Positions 32,515 through 42,698 of a DNA stretch of 64,000 bases are shown one piece after another; positions within the stretch are counted from its first letter, which is position 1; the number at the start of each line of letters is the position of its first letter. A program made the position numbers and the translations under genes. The notes under the pieces are model-generated. The model had not been told where the DNA came from, did no database searches, and was given only the letters and a program-made list of their open reading frames with translations. This DNA is from Candidatus Omnitrophota bacterium. GTDB lineage: Bacteria > Omnitrophota > Gorgyraeia > JAHJTE01. The stretch covers positions 129,332-193,331 of the forward strand of contig JAHJTE010000001.1 of NCBI GenBank assembly GCA_018830005.1, given 5' to 3'.

Positions 32515-33732
32515 ATGCCTACATTTACCTACAAGGCAAAATTAGGTCCCAGCAAATTAGAACAAGGCTCAATCGAGGCTGAAAATCAAGAACAGGCAAT
32601 TAAGAAGATAAGTGATTTAGGGCTGTTTCCTGTAGAGGTACGGCCTTATAAGCAGTCAAAGAATATATCTTTATTCGCTAGGTTTGGACAGAGAAACAAG
32701 ATTAAAAATCAGGAAGTTATTAGCTTGACCCGCCAGTTAGCAAGCCTCTTGGAAGCTGGATTAAATATCCTCCCAGCCCTTAATGCCATAAAAAGCCAAT
32801 TAGTAATGCCTGCTTTAGTTTCTCTCGTTGATGATATTGCCCAAAATGTAAAAGATGGTGCATCATTCTCCGAAAGTCTAAGCCACCATAAAGATATTTT
32901 CTCTAGCCTTTATATCAATGTTGTAAGAAGCGGCGAATTGAGTGGAAGGTTAAATCACGTATTAGATACCTTAGCTGATTTTTTAGAAAAAGGCGAAGAT
33001 CTACGTCAGAGAATAATCTCTGCTTTAGTTTATCCTGTATTGGTTTTGGCAGTAGGCATTTTAACAGTAGCAGTCCTTTTGATTTTTGTCATTCCGCGTA
33101 TCGGGGTAATGTTTGAGGATATGGGTCAGGTGTTGCCTCTTCCCACACAGATAGTCGTGGGTATAAGCTCAATGATAGTAAATTATTTTTTTGTTTTTTT
33201 TGCAATTATAGTAGTTTTATTTTTCTTCATTAATAAGAGGATTAAAACAAAAGAAGGTAGAATTTTTGTTGACCGCAGCAAACTCAAAACTCCTCTTTTA
33301 GGGATGTTCATTCGTAAACAACACATCGTTCAATTTTCTCGCACCTTATCTCTACTCTTAGCAAGCGGTATTCCAATTGTGACTGCCTTAGAGCTGGTGG
33401 CTAATACCTTATCTAACGGAATGATCAGGCAAGAGGTAAAGACAATGTCTACTGCAATACGCGAGGGAGCTAGTCTTTCAACCTCAATAAAGGAGAGCAA
33501 ATATTTTCCTGCATTCGTCTCCAGTATTATTGCCGTTGCAGAAGAATCAGGAAGTTTAGATAGGTCGCTTGCGCGTTTAGCAAGCAGTTTTGAGCGTGAT
33601 GTAGAAAGGATTATTAAGACATTTACCGTAGCCTTAGAGCCAACACTCATTTTCCTCATTGGTTTAGTTGTTGGTTTTATAGTAATAGCAATGCTGCTTC
33701 CAATTTTCCAGATTAACTTGATTGTGGGTTGA
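32515..33732 (+). CDS. gspF: T2SS inner-membrane platform protein
   Basis: TRQLASLL, GELSG, ALVYP and EESGSL..LEP. Confidence 0.92.
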   Translation: MPTFTYKAKLGPSKLEQGSIEAENQEQAIKKISDLGLFPVEVRPYKQSKNISLFARFGQRNKIKNQEVISLTRQLASLLEAGLNILPALNAIKSQLVMPALVSLVDDIAQNVKDGASFSESLSHHKDIFSSLYINVVRSGELSGRLNHVLDTLADFLEKGEDLRQRIISALVYPVLVLAVGILTVAVLLIFVIPRIGVMFEDMGQVLPLPTQIVVGISSMIVNYFFVFFAIIVVLFFFINKRIKTKEGRIFVDRSKLKTPLLGMFIRKQHIVQFSRTLSLLLASGIPIVTALELVANTLSNGMIRQEVKTMSTAIREGASLSTSIKESKYFPAFVSSIIAVAEESGSLDRSLARLASSFERDVERIIKTFTVALEPTLIFLIGLVVGFIVIAMLLPIFQINLIVG

Positions 33733-33765
33733 TGCAGGGATGATCGCAGATAACCGGAGGTAAAT

Positions 33766-34194
33766 ATGCGCAAGAGTAATAGTGGCTTTACGTTGATCGA
33801 ATTAATGCTCGTTGTAATCATCATCGGCGTCCTTGTTTCTATGGTTCTGCCGCGTCTTGCCGGAAGGTCAGAACAAGCAAGGATTGCGGCAGCAGGCGCG
33901 GATATAAATGCCAATATAGCTACAGCCTTAGATATGTATGAGCTTGACAACGGAAGATATCCTACGACAGAACAGGGTTTAAGGACATTGGTTGTTGAAT
34001 CGGATGTTTCGCCCCTACCTAACAATTGGCACGGGCCTTATCTGAAAAAGATACCCCAAGATCCATGGAAAAGAGCTTATGTATACAAATCTCCCGGAGA
34101 CCACAGCCAGGATTACGATCTATCCAGTTTAGGGCCTGACGGGATCGAAAGCGCTGATGATATTACCAGCTGGCAAAGTGAGATCTCTCCATAA
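33766..34194 (+). CDS. gspG: Major pseudopilin
   Basis: G/FTLIE, YPTTEQGL, WHGPYL, DPW and SLGPDG. Confidence 0.95.
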   Translation: MRKSNSGFTLIELMLVVIIIGVLVSMVLPRLAGRSEQARIAAAGADINANIATALDMYELDNGRYPTTEQGLRTLVVESDVSPLPNNWHGPYLKKIPQDPWKRAYVYKSPGDHSQDYDLSSLGPDGIESADDITSWQSEISP

Positions 34195-34657
34195 AAATAA
34201 ATTCGCCTTCACGTTAATTGAACTTCTATTGGTTGTAGCGGTTCTTTCCGTAATGGTTGGAATTAGTCTGCCTGCATTCAAAAAAACATATAACCGTCTG
34301 AATTTAGAAAATATTGCCCTTAATATTTTAAGTACTGCGCGCTATGCTCGGGCTAAGGCAATTGTCGAGTCAAGGATTTATCGTCTAAATTTTGATATCG
34401 AAGATAAGAGTTACTCACTCAGCACAGAAAGCGATGACAAAATCGAAGGCTTCCAGCCTATTAGTGGTCGCTTCGGAAAGATAGCTCAGATAACAGACGA
34501 TATCAACATTAAGACCTCAGCAGATCATGTCAATTTTTATCCAAGCGGAGATTCTGATGAAATAATAGTTGTTCTTAAAAATACTGATGGCAGAGTCTAT
34601 ACAATAGGAAAGTCAGGGGTCTTTGGCGAATTTAAGATTATTGAGGAAAAAGAATAG
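34157..34657 (+). CDS. gspH: Minor pseudopilin (GspH-like)
   Basis: A/FTLIE, ARAKAI and FYPSG; position in the operon. Confidence 0.8.
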   Translation: MILPAGKVRSLHKNKFAFTLIELLLVVAVLSVMVGISLPAFKKTYNRLNLENIALNILSTARYARAKAIVESRIYRLNFDIEDKSYSLSTESDDKIEGFQPISGRFGKIAQITDDINIKTSADHVNFYPSGDSDEIIVVLKNTDGRVYTIGKSGVFGEFKIIEEKE

Positions 34658-34663
34658 GATATA

Positions 34664-35110
34664 ATGACTAAGCAGATTTTTAAGCGATTCCGTGGGTTTT
34701 TAAATCAGAACTCTTATAGTAGGTTAAGGGATAAGGCAAGAGCTGGTTTTCTTTTGATTGAAGTGTTGATAACTGTAGTAGTTCTAGGTACGGCGATTGT
34801 ATTTATTGTTCAGGCATTAAGCTCTTCTCTTTTTGCTGCAAGACGAGCCTCTCTTTATACAGAGGCATTGATGTTAATGGATGAACTCAACTGGGATGTC
34901 AAGTTAGAAACCTACTCCCAACCTTTTCTAAGTAGAGGGGATTTCCCTAAAAGCTCTAAAGTTTCTAAAGGTAAAACAGACTTTAATTTGAGGCAAGAAT
35001 TATTTTTAACGGATTTTCCTAATCTTTCAGAGATGGTTTTGACTGTCTCCTGGACAAAGGGAGAATTCTCAACATCGACGTATGTGCTGACGGCACAAGT
35101 AGAAGAGTGA
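34664..35110 (+). CDS. gspI: Minor pseudopilin (GspI-like)
   Basis: G/FLLIEV prepilin motif; position in the operon. Confidence 0.7.
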   Translation: MTKQIFKRFRGFLNQNSYSRLRDKARAGFLLIEVLITVVVLGTAIVFIVQALSSSLFAARRASLYTEALMLMDELNWDVKLETYSQPFLSRGDFPKSSKVSKGKTDFNLRQELFLTDFPNLSEMVLTVSWTKGEFSTSTYVLTAQVEE

Positions 35111-35775
35111 GGCAGTCTAGCATGATTTTTAATATCTTAAACTATCGGCTAAAGAGTAGTGTGCTTAGGTATAAGAGAGGCATAACTTTTGTTGAGCTCT
35201 TAATTGCAATTTTGATATTTTCCATTATTGTTACCTCGCTGTATTCGGCATTTAGAGTAGGATTGACTGCATACAAAAGAGGTGAGAGGTTTGCCTCTTG
35301 CTATCAAGGGATACGTCTGGCCTTAGATTCAATTGCCTTGGATTTACGAAATAGCTATAAATTTTCTGAATCCGATGTCAGATTTAAAGCAGAAGAATCG
35401 AAGGTCTCATTTTATACTCTTAAGAATTTTACTTCAGAACAACATAAAGATAACTTTCAGATTTGCAAGATAGAATATTGGAAAGAGGATAAAGAATTAT
35501 TTAGAAAGGTTTTTGCTGGCAATTTGGCATTTTCCGAAGAAGAAGTAAGTGCTGGTCTCCTGCTGGATAATTTAAGTGAATTCAGCATTGAATTTCCCTA
35601 TAAAGATGAAGAGGCTCAATCAGTAGTTTGGAATGATTACTGGCTGGCAAGCGATGAGTTGCCTTTAGCAGTAAAGATTTATTTGAAGATAGATGAACCT
35701 GAAACGGGCCAACCCATAGAGTTGACAAAAATCATATATATTCCGACGGGAGAATTAGGAAGGCCTGAGGAATAA
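35107..35775 (+). CDS. gspJ: Minor pseudopilin (GspJ-like)
   Basis: G/ITFVEL, DLRN and LPLAVKI. Confidence 0.8.
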   Translation: MRQSSMIFNILNYRLKSSVLRYKRGITFVELLIAILIFSIIVTSLYSAFRVGLTAYKRGERFASCYQGIRLALDSIALDLRNSYKFSESDVRFKAEESKVSFYTLKNFTSEQHKDNFQICKIEYWKEDKELFRKVFAGNLAFSEEEVSAGLLLDNLSEFSIEFPYKDEEAQSVVWNDYWLASDELPLAVKIYLKIDEPETGQPIELTKIIYIPTGELGRPEE

Positions 35776-35785
35776 TGGGGTATTA

Positions 35786-36847
35786 TTGTTAGGAGTTATG
35801 GATTACATAAAGCCGTATAAAAAAGTTAACAATAAGGCCTTGATTCTAATTGTTGCCTTATGGATCGTAGCTATTCTGACTTTATTGGCTATTGGCCTGG
35901 CACATCGCATATCTATTGAGCTTCATCTGATTAGATTCTCTCGTGACAGATTAAAGGCCTGCTCTGCCTTAGAGGCTGCAGTACAATCAGCAGCTTATAT
36001 CATCGCCCAAGATATAAATGGTTACGACAGCATGAACGAGATCTGGGCTAATGGTATATGGGATGAATTTAACGAGTCAATCTTTAAGGATGTCAAGCTT
36101 AAACAGGCTGTATTTAGCATAATACATAAAGTAGATGATGAAACTGGCGTCCTATCTTTACTCTATGGGCTTAGCGATGAGCAGGCGAGGCTGAATATCA
36201 ATACCGCTACGGCCAATCACTTGCAGACATTTTTTCTAGAAGCTGAAATAGAGAATTCCAGAGAAATATCCGCTTCCATTTTAGATTGGATTGATGAGGA
36301 TGAGATTACATCTTTTGACGGAGCTGAGGATGATTACTATACTGGCCTGGATATGCCTTATCATTGTAAAAACGCACCCTTATCTAGCATTGAAGAATTA
36401 TTATTTATTAAAGGCATGGATCCTGATAAATTTGAAAAAATTAAACCCTTTATAACTGTTTATGGTGATGGTAAAATAAATATTAATACTGTAAGTGAGC
36501 TCCTCTTGAGTTCCCTGCTTATTAGTCGCGGAACTTTGGATTCGACTGCCAGGAAATTAGCTGGTGAGGTTGTTGATTATAGGCTTGGCGATGATGGTGA
36601 GATCGGAACTGTAGATGATAGAATTTTTGAAAAGTTCCAAGATATTGTTTTGGCCTTGAGTAGCCAAACTTCTTTGGGTGAGTTTGCTAAGTGCGCGGAT
36701 ATAATTAAGTTCAACTCCAGTTTTTTTCGGGCAGATATTTGGGCCCAGTCTTTAAATAAAGTTGCTCAGAAGAGGGCATTGTGTATATTAGAGAAAGACC
36801 GAGCAGCAGTAAAGATGCCCAAGGTAGTTAAATGGCAAGAGTATTAA
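35786..36847 (+). CDS. gspK: Minor pseudopilin GspK
   Basis: ALILIVALW, DEQARLNIN, ILDWID, GAEDDYY and ININT. Confidence 0.9.
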   Translation: MLGVMDYIKPYKKVNNKALILIVALWIVAILTLLAIGLAHRISIELHLIRFSRDRLKACSALEAAVQSAAYIIAQDINGYDSMNEIWANGIWDEFNESIFKDVKLKQAVFSIIHKVDDETGVLSLLYGLSDEQARLNINTATANHLQTFFLEAEIENSREISASILDWIDEDEITSFDGAEDDYYTGLDMPYHCKNAPLSSIEELLFIKGMDPDKFEKIKPFITVYGDGKININTVSELLLSSLLISRGTLDSTARKLAGEVVDYRLGDDGEIGTVDDRIFEKFQDIVLALSSQTSLGEFAKCADIIKFNSSFFRADIWAQSLNKVAQKRALCILEKDRAAVKMPKVVKWQEY

Positions 36848-36851
36848 TACA

Positions 36852-38300
36852 ATGAAGAGATTAAAAGCCAAGAAGAATGTCTTTAGCAGCGTCGAGCTGA
36901 ATCATGACTCGATTAAAATTGCTCAGGCAGAGTCAATTTTAGGAAAACCAAAATTTACCCATCTTTTTTACTCCCGCGTCGGCGACCTATCTAAGAAAGA
37001 AACTCAAGGCAAGATTAGGAGCCTCTTAAGCAAGGAGCAAATCGAAATTACAAATTGCCTTCTTTGTCTGCCTCGCCACAACGTAACAACCCGCTATCTT
37101 AAGCTGCCCAGTTTAGAAGAGCAAGAGATTGAAAAGATGCTTATGCTTCAAATCCCTAAATTGCTTCCTTATGCACCGGGAGAAATACTATCCAGTTACA
37201 AAAAGATTACTTCTGATAGTGAAGGTTATACTTATTGTATTGTGATTTTAGCCCAAGAAAATCTAGTAAGGCGTTATCTTTCGTTTCTTAAGGCCATAGG
37301 CATAGAGGCCTCAAGTGTTATTTTAAGTTCAGAAGTATGTGCTCACTGGCTAAGATTTATTAATAAAGTGAACATTAAAAATGAGACGATTGTTCTTATT
37401 GATGTCGATACGAGTAGTGTTGATATTATGATTATAAATGGGGGAGAACTAATTTTTACTCGTAGTTTTTCACGCGAATTACAAGATACGCAAGGTCTAT
37501 CCTGGCAGAATAAACTTCAGGATGAGATAAGGCGTACATTGGAGACTGCTGAAAAGGAAATAGGTAAGCAGAATATAACTCGCCTTATCTTAAGCGGCAG
37601 CCGTTTAGCCACAAAGGATACGGATAAGGCATTATCCGAAAATTTTTCTCGTCCTGTAGAAATTATCTCTAGACTTGAGGAGGAATGTATTAAGTCGCAG
37701 GCCTCAATAGCAAAGACCTTACGAGAATCAGATACCTCCTTTACCTCAGTTATGGGAGCTGCAGTTAGCAGGCAGAATTTTTCTATAAATCTTTTACCTG
37801 CGGATATTAAGGCCAGGCTAAATTGGCAAAGGCTAAAAAAGGAACGAGTCAAATGTATATCTTTAGTTCTATTAATTATTGCATTTTCTTTTGGTCTCTT
37901 TGTTAAACATATTTATGATAAACAGAGGCTCTTAAAAACATTAGAGCAGAAGATAGCAACATTATTGCCAGAAGCCACTATGAGAGAGAAGATAAGTTCA
38001 CGCCTGGAGATAATACGCGAGCAGTTAAAATCAAAGGTTTTTACCGCCCAGCTTATAAAAGAAATATACACTATCATTCCTGACAAGATATATTTAAATA
38101 GCCTTAGTATTCAAAAAGATGAGATTTTGATAATAAAGGGGCAGGCCGATAAATTATCTAATGTCTTTACTCTTGTAGGGGCCTTGGAAAAAAGTACATA
38201 TTTCCAAGACGTACGCGTGCGTTATGCTACGAAGAGAAAAGTCAAAACAGTTGAAATTACGGATTTTCAGATAGATTGTCCCCTAAAGGATAGCGAATAG
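36852..38300 (+). CDS. GspL / PilM-PilN fusion-like protein
   Basis: Actin-like cytoplasmic domain, INLLP, TM helix and periplasmic ferredoxin-like domain. Confidence 0.8.
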   Translation: MKRLKAKKNVFSSVELNHDSIKIAQAESILGKPKFTHLFYSRVGDLSKKETQGKIRSLLSKEQIEITNCLLCLPRHNVTTRYLKLPSLEEQEIEKMLMLQIPKLLPYAPGEILSSYKKITSDSEGYTYCIVILAQENLVRRYLSFLKAIGIEASSVILSSEVCAHWLRFINKVNIKNETIVLIDVDTSSVDIMIINGGELIFTRSFSRELQDTQGLSWQNKLQDEIRRTLETAEKEIGKQNITRLILSGSRLATKDTDKALSENFSRPVEIISRLEEECIKSQASIAKTLRESDTSFTSVMGAAVSRQNFSINLLPADIKARLNWQRLKKERVKCISLVLLIIAFSFGLFVKHIYDKQRLLKTLEQKIATLLPEATMREKISSRLEIIREQLKSKVFTAQLIKEIYTIIPDKIYLNSLSIQKDEILIIKGQADKLSNVFTLVGALEKSTYFQDVRVRYATKRKVKTVEITDFQIDCPLKDSE

Positions 38301-38312
38301 CTAGAGAATAAA

Positions 38313-38846
38313 ATGAAATTGATAAGTCAGCTGTCGAAAAGAGAAAAGAACATTTTTTATTTTACTATATTAATTATTGCCTTTAGCCTGATATTCAAAT
38401 TTATCTTGTTGCCTTTGTTTAATTTAAATCAGAGATTAACACAAGAGGTTAAAGCAAAAGAGATAGAACTGGTAAGGGCGAGGCGACTTTCTAAAGGCGG
38501 ATCAGTGCAAAGTCAATATGATGCATTCATTGCTGCGATTAAGATGGGTGAAAGCCAGGATTTGGAAATGGCCCGCTTACTTTCTGAAATAGAGTCAATA
38601 GCCAAAGAGGCAGGTGTGAATATCTTGAATTTAAGACCTCATGAGATAGAAGATAAGAGGTTTTATAAGAGATTTCTCATTGAATTAAAGTCTGAAGGAA
38701 CAAGCCAGCAAATTTTAAGATTTATATTTTCGTTAGAATCCTCACAACTCCTGTTGAGGATTGAGAAGTTTAACCTCAGCTCAAGAATCTCTAAGGGGAA
38801 TCTCCTTAATGCCACATTAACCGTCTCTAGAGTGGCAATTCCTTAA
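38313..38846 (+). CDS. GspM / PilO-like protein
   Basis: LSKREK followed by a TM helix, coiled coil and FIFSLE ferredoxin-like domain. Confidence 0.8.
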   Translation: MKLISQLSKREKNIFYFTILIIAFSLIFKFILLPLFNLNQRLTQEVKAKEIELVRARRLSKGGSVQSQYDAFIAAIKMGESQDLEMARLLSEIESIAKEAGVNILNLRPHEIEDKRFYKRFLIELKSEGTSQQILRFIFSLESSQLLLRIEKFNLSSRISKGNLLNATLTVSRVAIP

Positions 38847-38873
38847 ATGAAGTCAGAACCCATTAAAAATTAC

Positions 38874-38925
38874 TTGACAAGGTTTAATTTTTGCGGTAAA
38901 ATCACTCTCTAGGTGGAGAGTGATT
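38874..38925 (+). promoter_or_regulatory. Internal promoter with palindromic operator
   Basis: TTGACA-17-TAAAAT followed by AATCACTCTCT-AGGT-GGAGAGTGATT, ending just before ATG 38926. Confidence 0.7.
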
Positions 38926-39168
38926 ATGGTTCGCAACATATATCTATTAAAAGACTTAGCAAGAATTACAGGCTATTCAACGCATACTATAAAATATTAT
39001 CTTAAAATTGGTCTTATTAAGGAGTTTGGCCGTAGCCCGGAAACTAACTTCCGTTATTTTACAGACAATACAGTTAAACTCCTAGGTTATATTCGGCAAC
39101 TGCGTAAAGAAAAAAAATCCATTGCGTGCATAAAAGAAATTATTAAACATAAAAAGTATACTAAGTAG
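38926..39168 (+). CDS. Stand-alone MerR-family HTH protein
   Basis: LKDLARITGYSTHTIKYYLKIGLI...R.FT pattern; no effector domain. Confidence 0.85.
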   Translation: MVRNIYLLKDLARITGYSTHTIKYYLKIGLIKEFGRSPETNFRYFTDNTVKLLGYIRQLRKEKKSIACIKEIIKHKKYTK

Positions 39169-39179
39169 CTAATAGAAAA

Positions 39180-40004
39180 ATGAGCTATTTTAGCCAACTT
39201 GGCCTAACCCAGGAACCATTTTCGACAAGCCCAGATCCTGAATTTCTTTATCATTCCCTAGGTCACGAGACTGCCTTGAGGCGGCTTGAGATCTCCATAC
39301 GCTTACGCAGAGGATTAAGTCTTATTGTCGGTGATATTGGCACAGGAAAGACCACTCTTAGCCGCACCCTCTTTCAGGTATTTAAGAATGAGCCAGACTT
39401 TATTTTTCACCTCATACTAGATCCTAATTACAAAACTGAATTTCAATTTCTTTCTTCATTGATTAAGATGTTGGGGATACACCCGAATTTTAAGTCCACG
39501 CTGGATTATAAGGAGTCACTAAAGGATTATCTATTCGCAAAAGGTGTAGAGGAAAACAAGACAATAATTTTATTAATTGATGAGGGGCAGAAGTTGACTC
39601 CGGATCACCTTGAGATTCTAAGGAGCCTGCTTAATTATGAAACCAATGAGTATAAACTATTACAACTTGTGATTATGTCTCAAATGGAACTCTTACCACG
39701 TTTAAGAAGGGCGAAGAATTTCACTGACCGTATAGCCTTAAAATACATAATTAATCCCCTGGGCGAGAACGAGACAAAACAGATGATTGAATTTAGATTA
39801 CATCAGGCGGGATTTGATAAAGGAGCCAGCCTCTTTAGTGAAGAGGCGATGCGATTAATCTATGAATATACTCAAGGTTATCCGCGCAAGATTACTCTTC
39901 TTTGCCATGACGCATTGGAACTTTTGATCATGAAAGAAAAGAGAATAGTAGATAGAGGAATTGTTGAAGAGATTATAAACAGAGAGTCTTTTTTAAATGG
40001 ATAG
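39180..40004 (+). CDS. ExeA/GspA-family AAA ATPase
   Basis: PFSTSPDP, GDIGTGKTT, IDEGQ and GYPRKI. Confidence 0.9.
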   Translation: MSYFSQLGLTQEPFSTSPDPEFLYHSLGHETALRRLEISIRLRRGLSLIVGDIGTGKTTLSRTLFQVFKNEPDFIFHLILDPNYKTEFQFLSSLIKMLGIHPNFKSTLDYKESLKDYLFAKGVEENKTIILLIDEGQKLTPDHLEILRSLLNYETNEYKLLQLVIMSQMELLPRLRRAKNFTDRIALKYIINPLGENETKQMIEFRLHQAGFDKGASLFSEEAMRLIYEYTQGYPRKITLLCHDALELLIMKEKRIVDRGIVEEIINRESFLNG

Positions 40005-40656
40005 ACCATCACCAGAAGAAAAATTATTGCGCCTGATTAAAGACGCTACTGGAAAGGGGGCCCGGCAGAAGAAAAAGCAGGCCGATGCACAGGAGAGCGT
40101 GCAGCCTTCGTCGCCAGAGCTTCCAGTCCGAACCCAAAAGTTGCGGACACATCAAAAGCGGATCAAGAAGCTCAAAACCCCTATTTTCAGCTTTAAATTT
40201 ATAAATAAGGTCTTGCATACTTTGCTTGTAATTATATTTTTATTTTTTGTTTTTAACATTATCTATAGCAGCAGAGAAATAAGCCAGGTAGAAAGAGAGG
40301 GATTTGAAAAGGATAAGGATTTAGAATTTGCTTCTTTTCCTGAAACCCTTGAGGGGGAATTTACTGACTATCTGTCAGCCGGCAGGAGGCGTGATATATT
40401 TACTTCCTCTGGCATGCAGATGATATCCGAAGGTTTAGCATCTTCTATATTTGATGCGGAGCAGTATGTTGGTAAGCTAAAATTATTAGGCATAATTTCA
40501 GGCATTAAGTCTCAAGCAATTGTTGAGGATCAGAACGAAAATAAAAATTACACCTTAAGTGTTGGTGATTATTTAAAGGAGTTCTTAGTTGAAGAAGTAG
40601 GAAAAGGTAAAGTGCTATTTGATTATAAGGGTGAGAAGTTTGATTTGTATCTATAA
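39997..40656 (+). CDS. GspC/PilP-like inner-membrane protein without PDZ
   Basis: One TM helix, RDIF motif, LKLLGII...AIVED...VGD HR-like domain; precedes the secretin. Confidence 0.6.
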   Translation: MDRPSPEEKLLRLIKDATGKGARQKKKQADAQESVQPSSPELPVRTQKLRTHQKRIKKLKTPIFSFKFINKVLHTLLVIIFLFFVFNIIYSSREISQVEREGFEKDKDLEFASFPETLEGEFTDYLSAGRRRDIFTSSGMQMISEGLASSIFDAEQYVGKLKLLGIISGIKSQAIVEDQNENKNYTLSVGDYLKEFLVEEVGKGKVLFDYKGEKFDLYL

Positions 40657-40720
40657 ACGATTGTCTACCTGCGGACACGTTTGGCTAAGGTGGACATAAT
40701 AGATTAAATGGAGGTCCATT

Positions 40721-42646
40721 ATGATTAATACGAAAATATTCCCAATTTTGACATTAGTGATTTTTCTGATCTTTCCTTTTGGTGTCCTTGCCCAGCAAGA
40801 AGCAGAAGTTCAAGAAGACCCAATGAACAAGGAGCTGCAAATTAAAGAAGAGCCCTTGGATGAGACGATTTCTCTTGATATCAAGGGTATGGATATTGTA
40901 GATGTCCTAAAGACATTGGCTATGCGTTCAGGATTAAATATCGTCGTGGGTAAAAATGTAGTGGGAAAGGTCACCATCTTCTTAAAAGGTGTTATGCCGC
41001 GTCAGGCCCTTGACATAATCTTATTGGCTAATGGTCTTGCATACGAAGAGCAGGATGGAATTATTAGTGTAATGACTGACCGCGATTATGAAGCGCGCTT
41101 CGGTGAAAAATTTGCCGACAAAAAAGAGATTTCTGTCGTAAAGTTAAAATATGCTAAGGCAGCGAATTTGGTCCCTACCCTCAACCAGATGAAGTCTACG
41201 ATTGGTAAGGTTTTTGTCGATGAGGGATCTAATGTAGCTGTACTTATGGATACCCCAGAGAGATTATCGCAGATGCGCCAGATGTTACTTCATATTGACC
41301 GTCCAACCCAGACGCGCATATTTGATCTTAACTACTCAGATTCGGATAAGCTCCAGAATAAAATTCAAGAAATGCTAAGTAAAAACATAGGAACCATTAC
41401 GATTGATGAGCGCACTAATAAGATTATTGTCACTGATTATTCTGAAAAAATAGATAATATTGCAAAGATTATTAATGCCTTTGATTCGCGTACGCGTCAG
41501 GTGCTCATTGATTCTAAGATTGTTGAAATCACCTTAAGTGATAGGTTTCAACTTGGCATTGACTGGGAATATTGGATTGAAAAGAATTTCAAGGTTGGCA
41601 ATACCTTTCCTTTAAGCCTTACTACAGGCGGCACATTGACACTGGGTACTACTAGCGCGATAGACGAGGTAGGTGAATATAAAAGTGTTGTTGACATGCT
41701 AAGAACTATTGGAGACACGCGCGTTCTCTCAAGTCCCAGAGTAACGGCATTGAATAATGAGGAGGCAAAGATTCTTATCGGCACAAAAGAAGCCTATATT
41801 ACCCAGACTACTTCTCAATCGGGCACAGGAGCAACTATAACTGCCGAAAGCGTTAATTTTGTTGATGTGGGAGTTCAGCTTTACGTTACGCCCACTATCA
41901 ATCAAGAAGGTTTTGTGACAATGAAAATAAAGCCAGTAGTAAGCTCTGCTGTACGCACAGAGATAACAAGCGGCGATACAATAAGTGAAATACCTATTGT
42001 CTCTACTTCTGAGGCCGAGACATCGGTGATGGTTAAAGACGGCTCAACTATAATAATTGCTGGTTTAATTAAAGACGAGATAATTCAGACAATAAATAAA
42101 ATCCCGGTTTTAGGAGATATACCCATACTCGGCCACCTATTTAAAAACACGAGTGATGAGGTTAGAAAGAAGGAACTTGTAATATTTTTAACTCCTCATA
42201 TACTCTCTCCTTCCTTAGTTGAAACCAAGGCTAATGCCTTAGAATTTGAAGAAAGCATTAATACTTTAGAGCATTATAATAAACCTGAGCCAGACAAGAT
42301 ACGTTCGCTAAAGTCCGAGGAGAGCCAAGCAGAATTAAAGAACGATGAGGATTCCCTAGATTTAAGTTACGTTGGATATCTTACCCGCTTGCGCAAAATT
42401 ATAGCTGAGCAGGCAAGCAATATTGCCAGAGATGATTTTTCATCTGGGAAAGTAGAGATTTCTTTTGTTCTGGGTGCTGATGGTAAGTTGTTGGCAGATC
42501 CAGAGGTTGCCTTTGCCACAAGTGATGATTTAGGAGAGCTTGCCTTAAAGGCAGTACTTGCCTCAAGTCCTTTTCCGCCTTTTCCTGAAGATTTAAAAAG
42601 AAAACAAGAACGTTTTGATATTGTTATTTCTTATTCAGAAAAATAG
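40721..42646 (+). CDS. gspD: Secretin (GspD/PilQ family) with C-terminal TonB-C-like domain
   Basis: N domains, QVLIDSKIVE, LSSPRV, KIPVLGDIPILGHLF and ELVIFLTP; C-terminal GKVEISFVL..DG...A.KAV..SSPFPPFP. Confidence 0.88.
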   Translation: MINTKIFPILTLVIFLIFPFGVLAQQEAEVQEDPMNKELQIKEEPLDETISLDIKGMDIVDVLKTLAMRSGLNIVVGKNVVGKVTIFLKGVMPRQALDIILLANGLAYEEQDGIISVMTDRDYEARFGEKFADKKEISVVKLKYAKAANLVPTLNQMKSTIGKVFVDEGSNVAVLMDTPERLSQMRQMLLHIDRPTQTRIFDLNYSDSDKLQNKIQEMLSKNIGTITIDERTNKIIVTDYSEKIDNIAKIINAFDSRTRQVLIDSKIVEITLSDRFQLGIDWEYWIEKNFKVGNTFPLSLTTGGTLTLGTTSAIDEVGEYKSVVDMLRTIGDTRVLSSPRVTALNNEEAKILIGTKEAYITQTTSQSGTGATITAESVNFVDVGVQLYVTPTINQEGFVTMKIKPVVSSAVRTEITSGDTISEIPIVSTSEAETSVMVKDGSTIIIAGLIKDEIIQTINKIPVLGDIPILGHLFKNTSDEVRKKELVIFLTPHILSPSLVETKANALEFEESINTLEHYNKPEPDKIRSLKSEESQAELKNDEDSLDLSYVGYLTRLRKIIAEQASNIARDDFSSGKVEISFVLGADGKLLADPEVAFATSDDLGELALKAVLASSPFPPFPEDLKRKQERFDIVISYSEK

Positions 42647-42698
42647 TGCCTTGTAGTAATTATTTAATTAGATAAATTCGACATTTTTACTTAAAACC

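Noticed and set aside
33330-34025. Long antisense ORFs (231 aa here; also 12831-13277, 43584-44180, 52081-52677 and others)
   Set aside because: Shadows of well-supported genes on the opposite strand, with no motifs of their own
34664-34760. Second palindromic insertion in the gspI leader (GFL occurs twice)
   Set aside because: The inverted repeat is weak and does not match the CCCCGTTAG family; not supportable by eye
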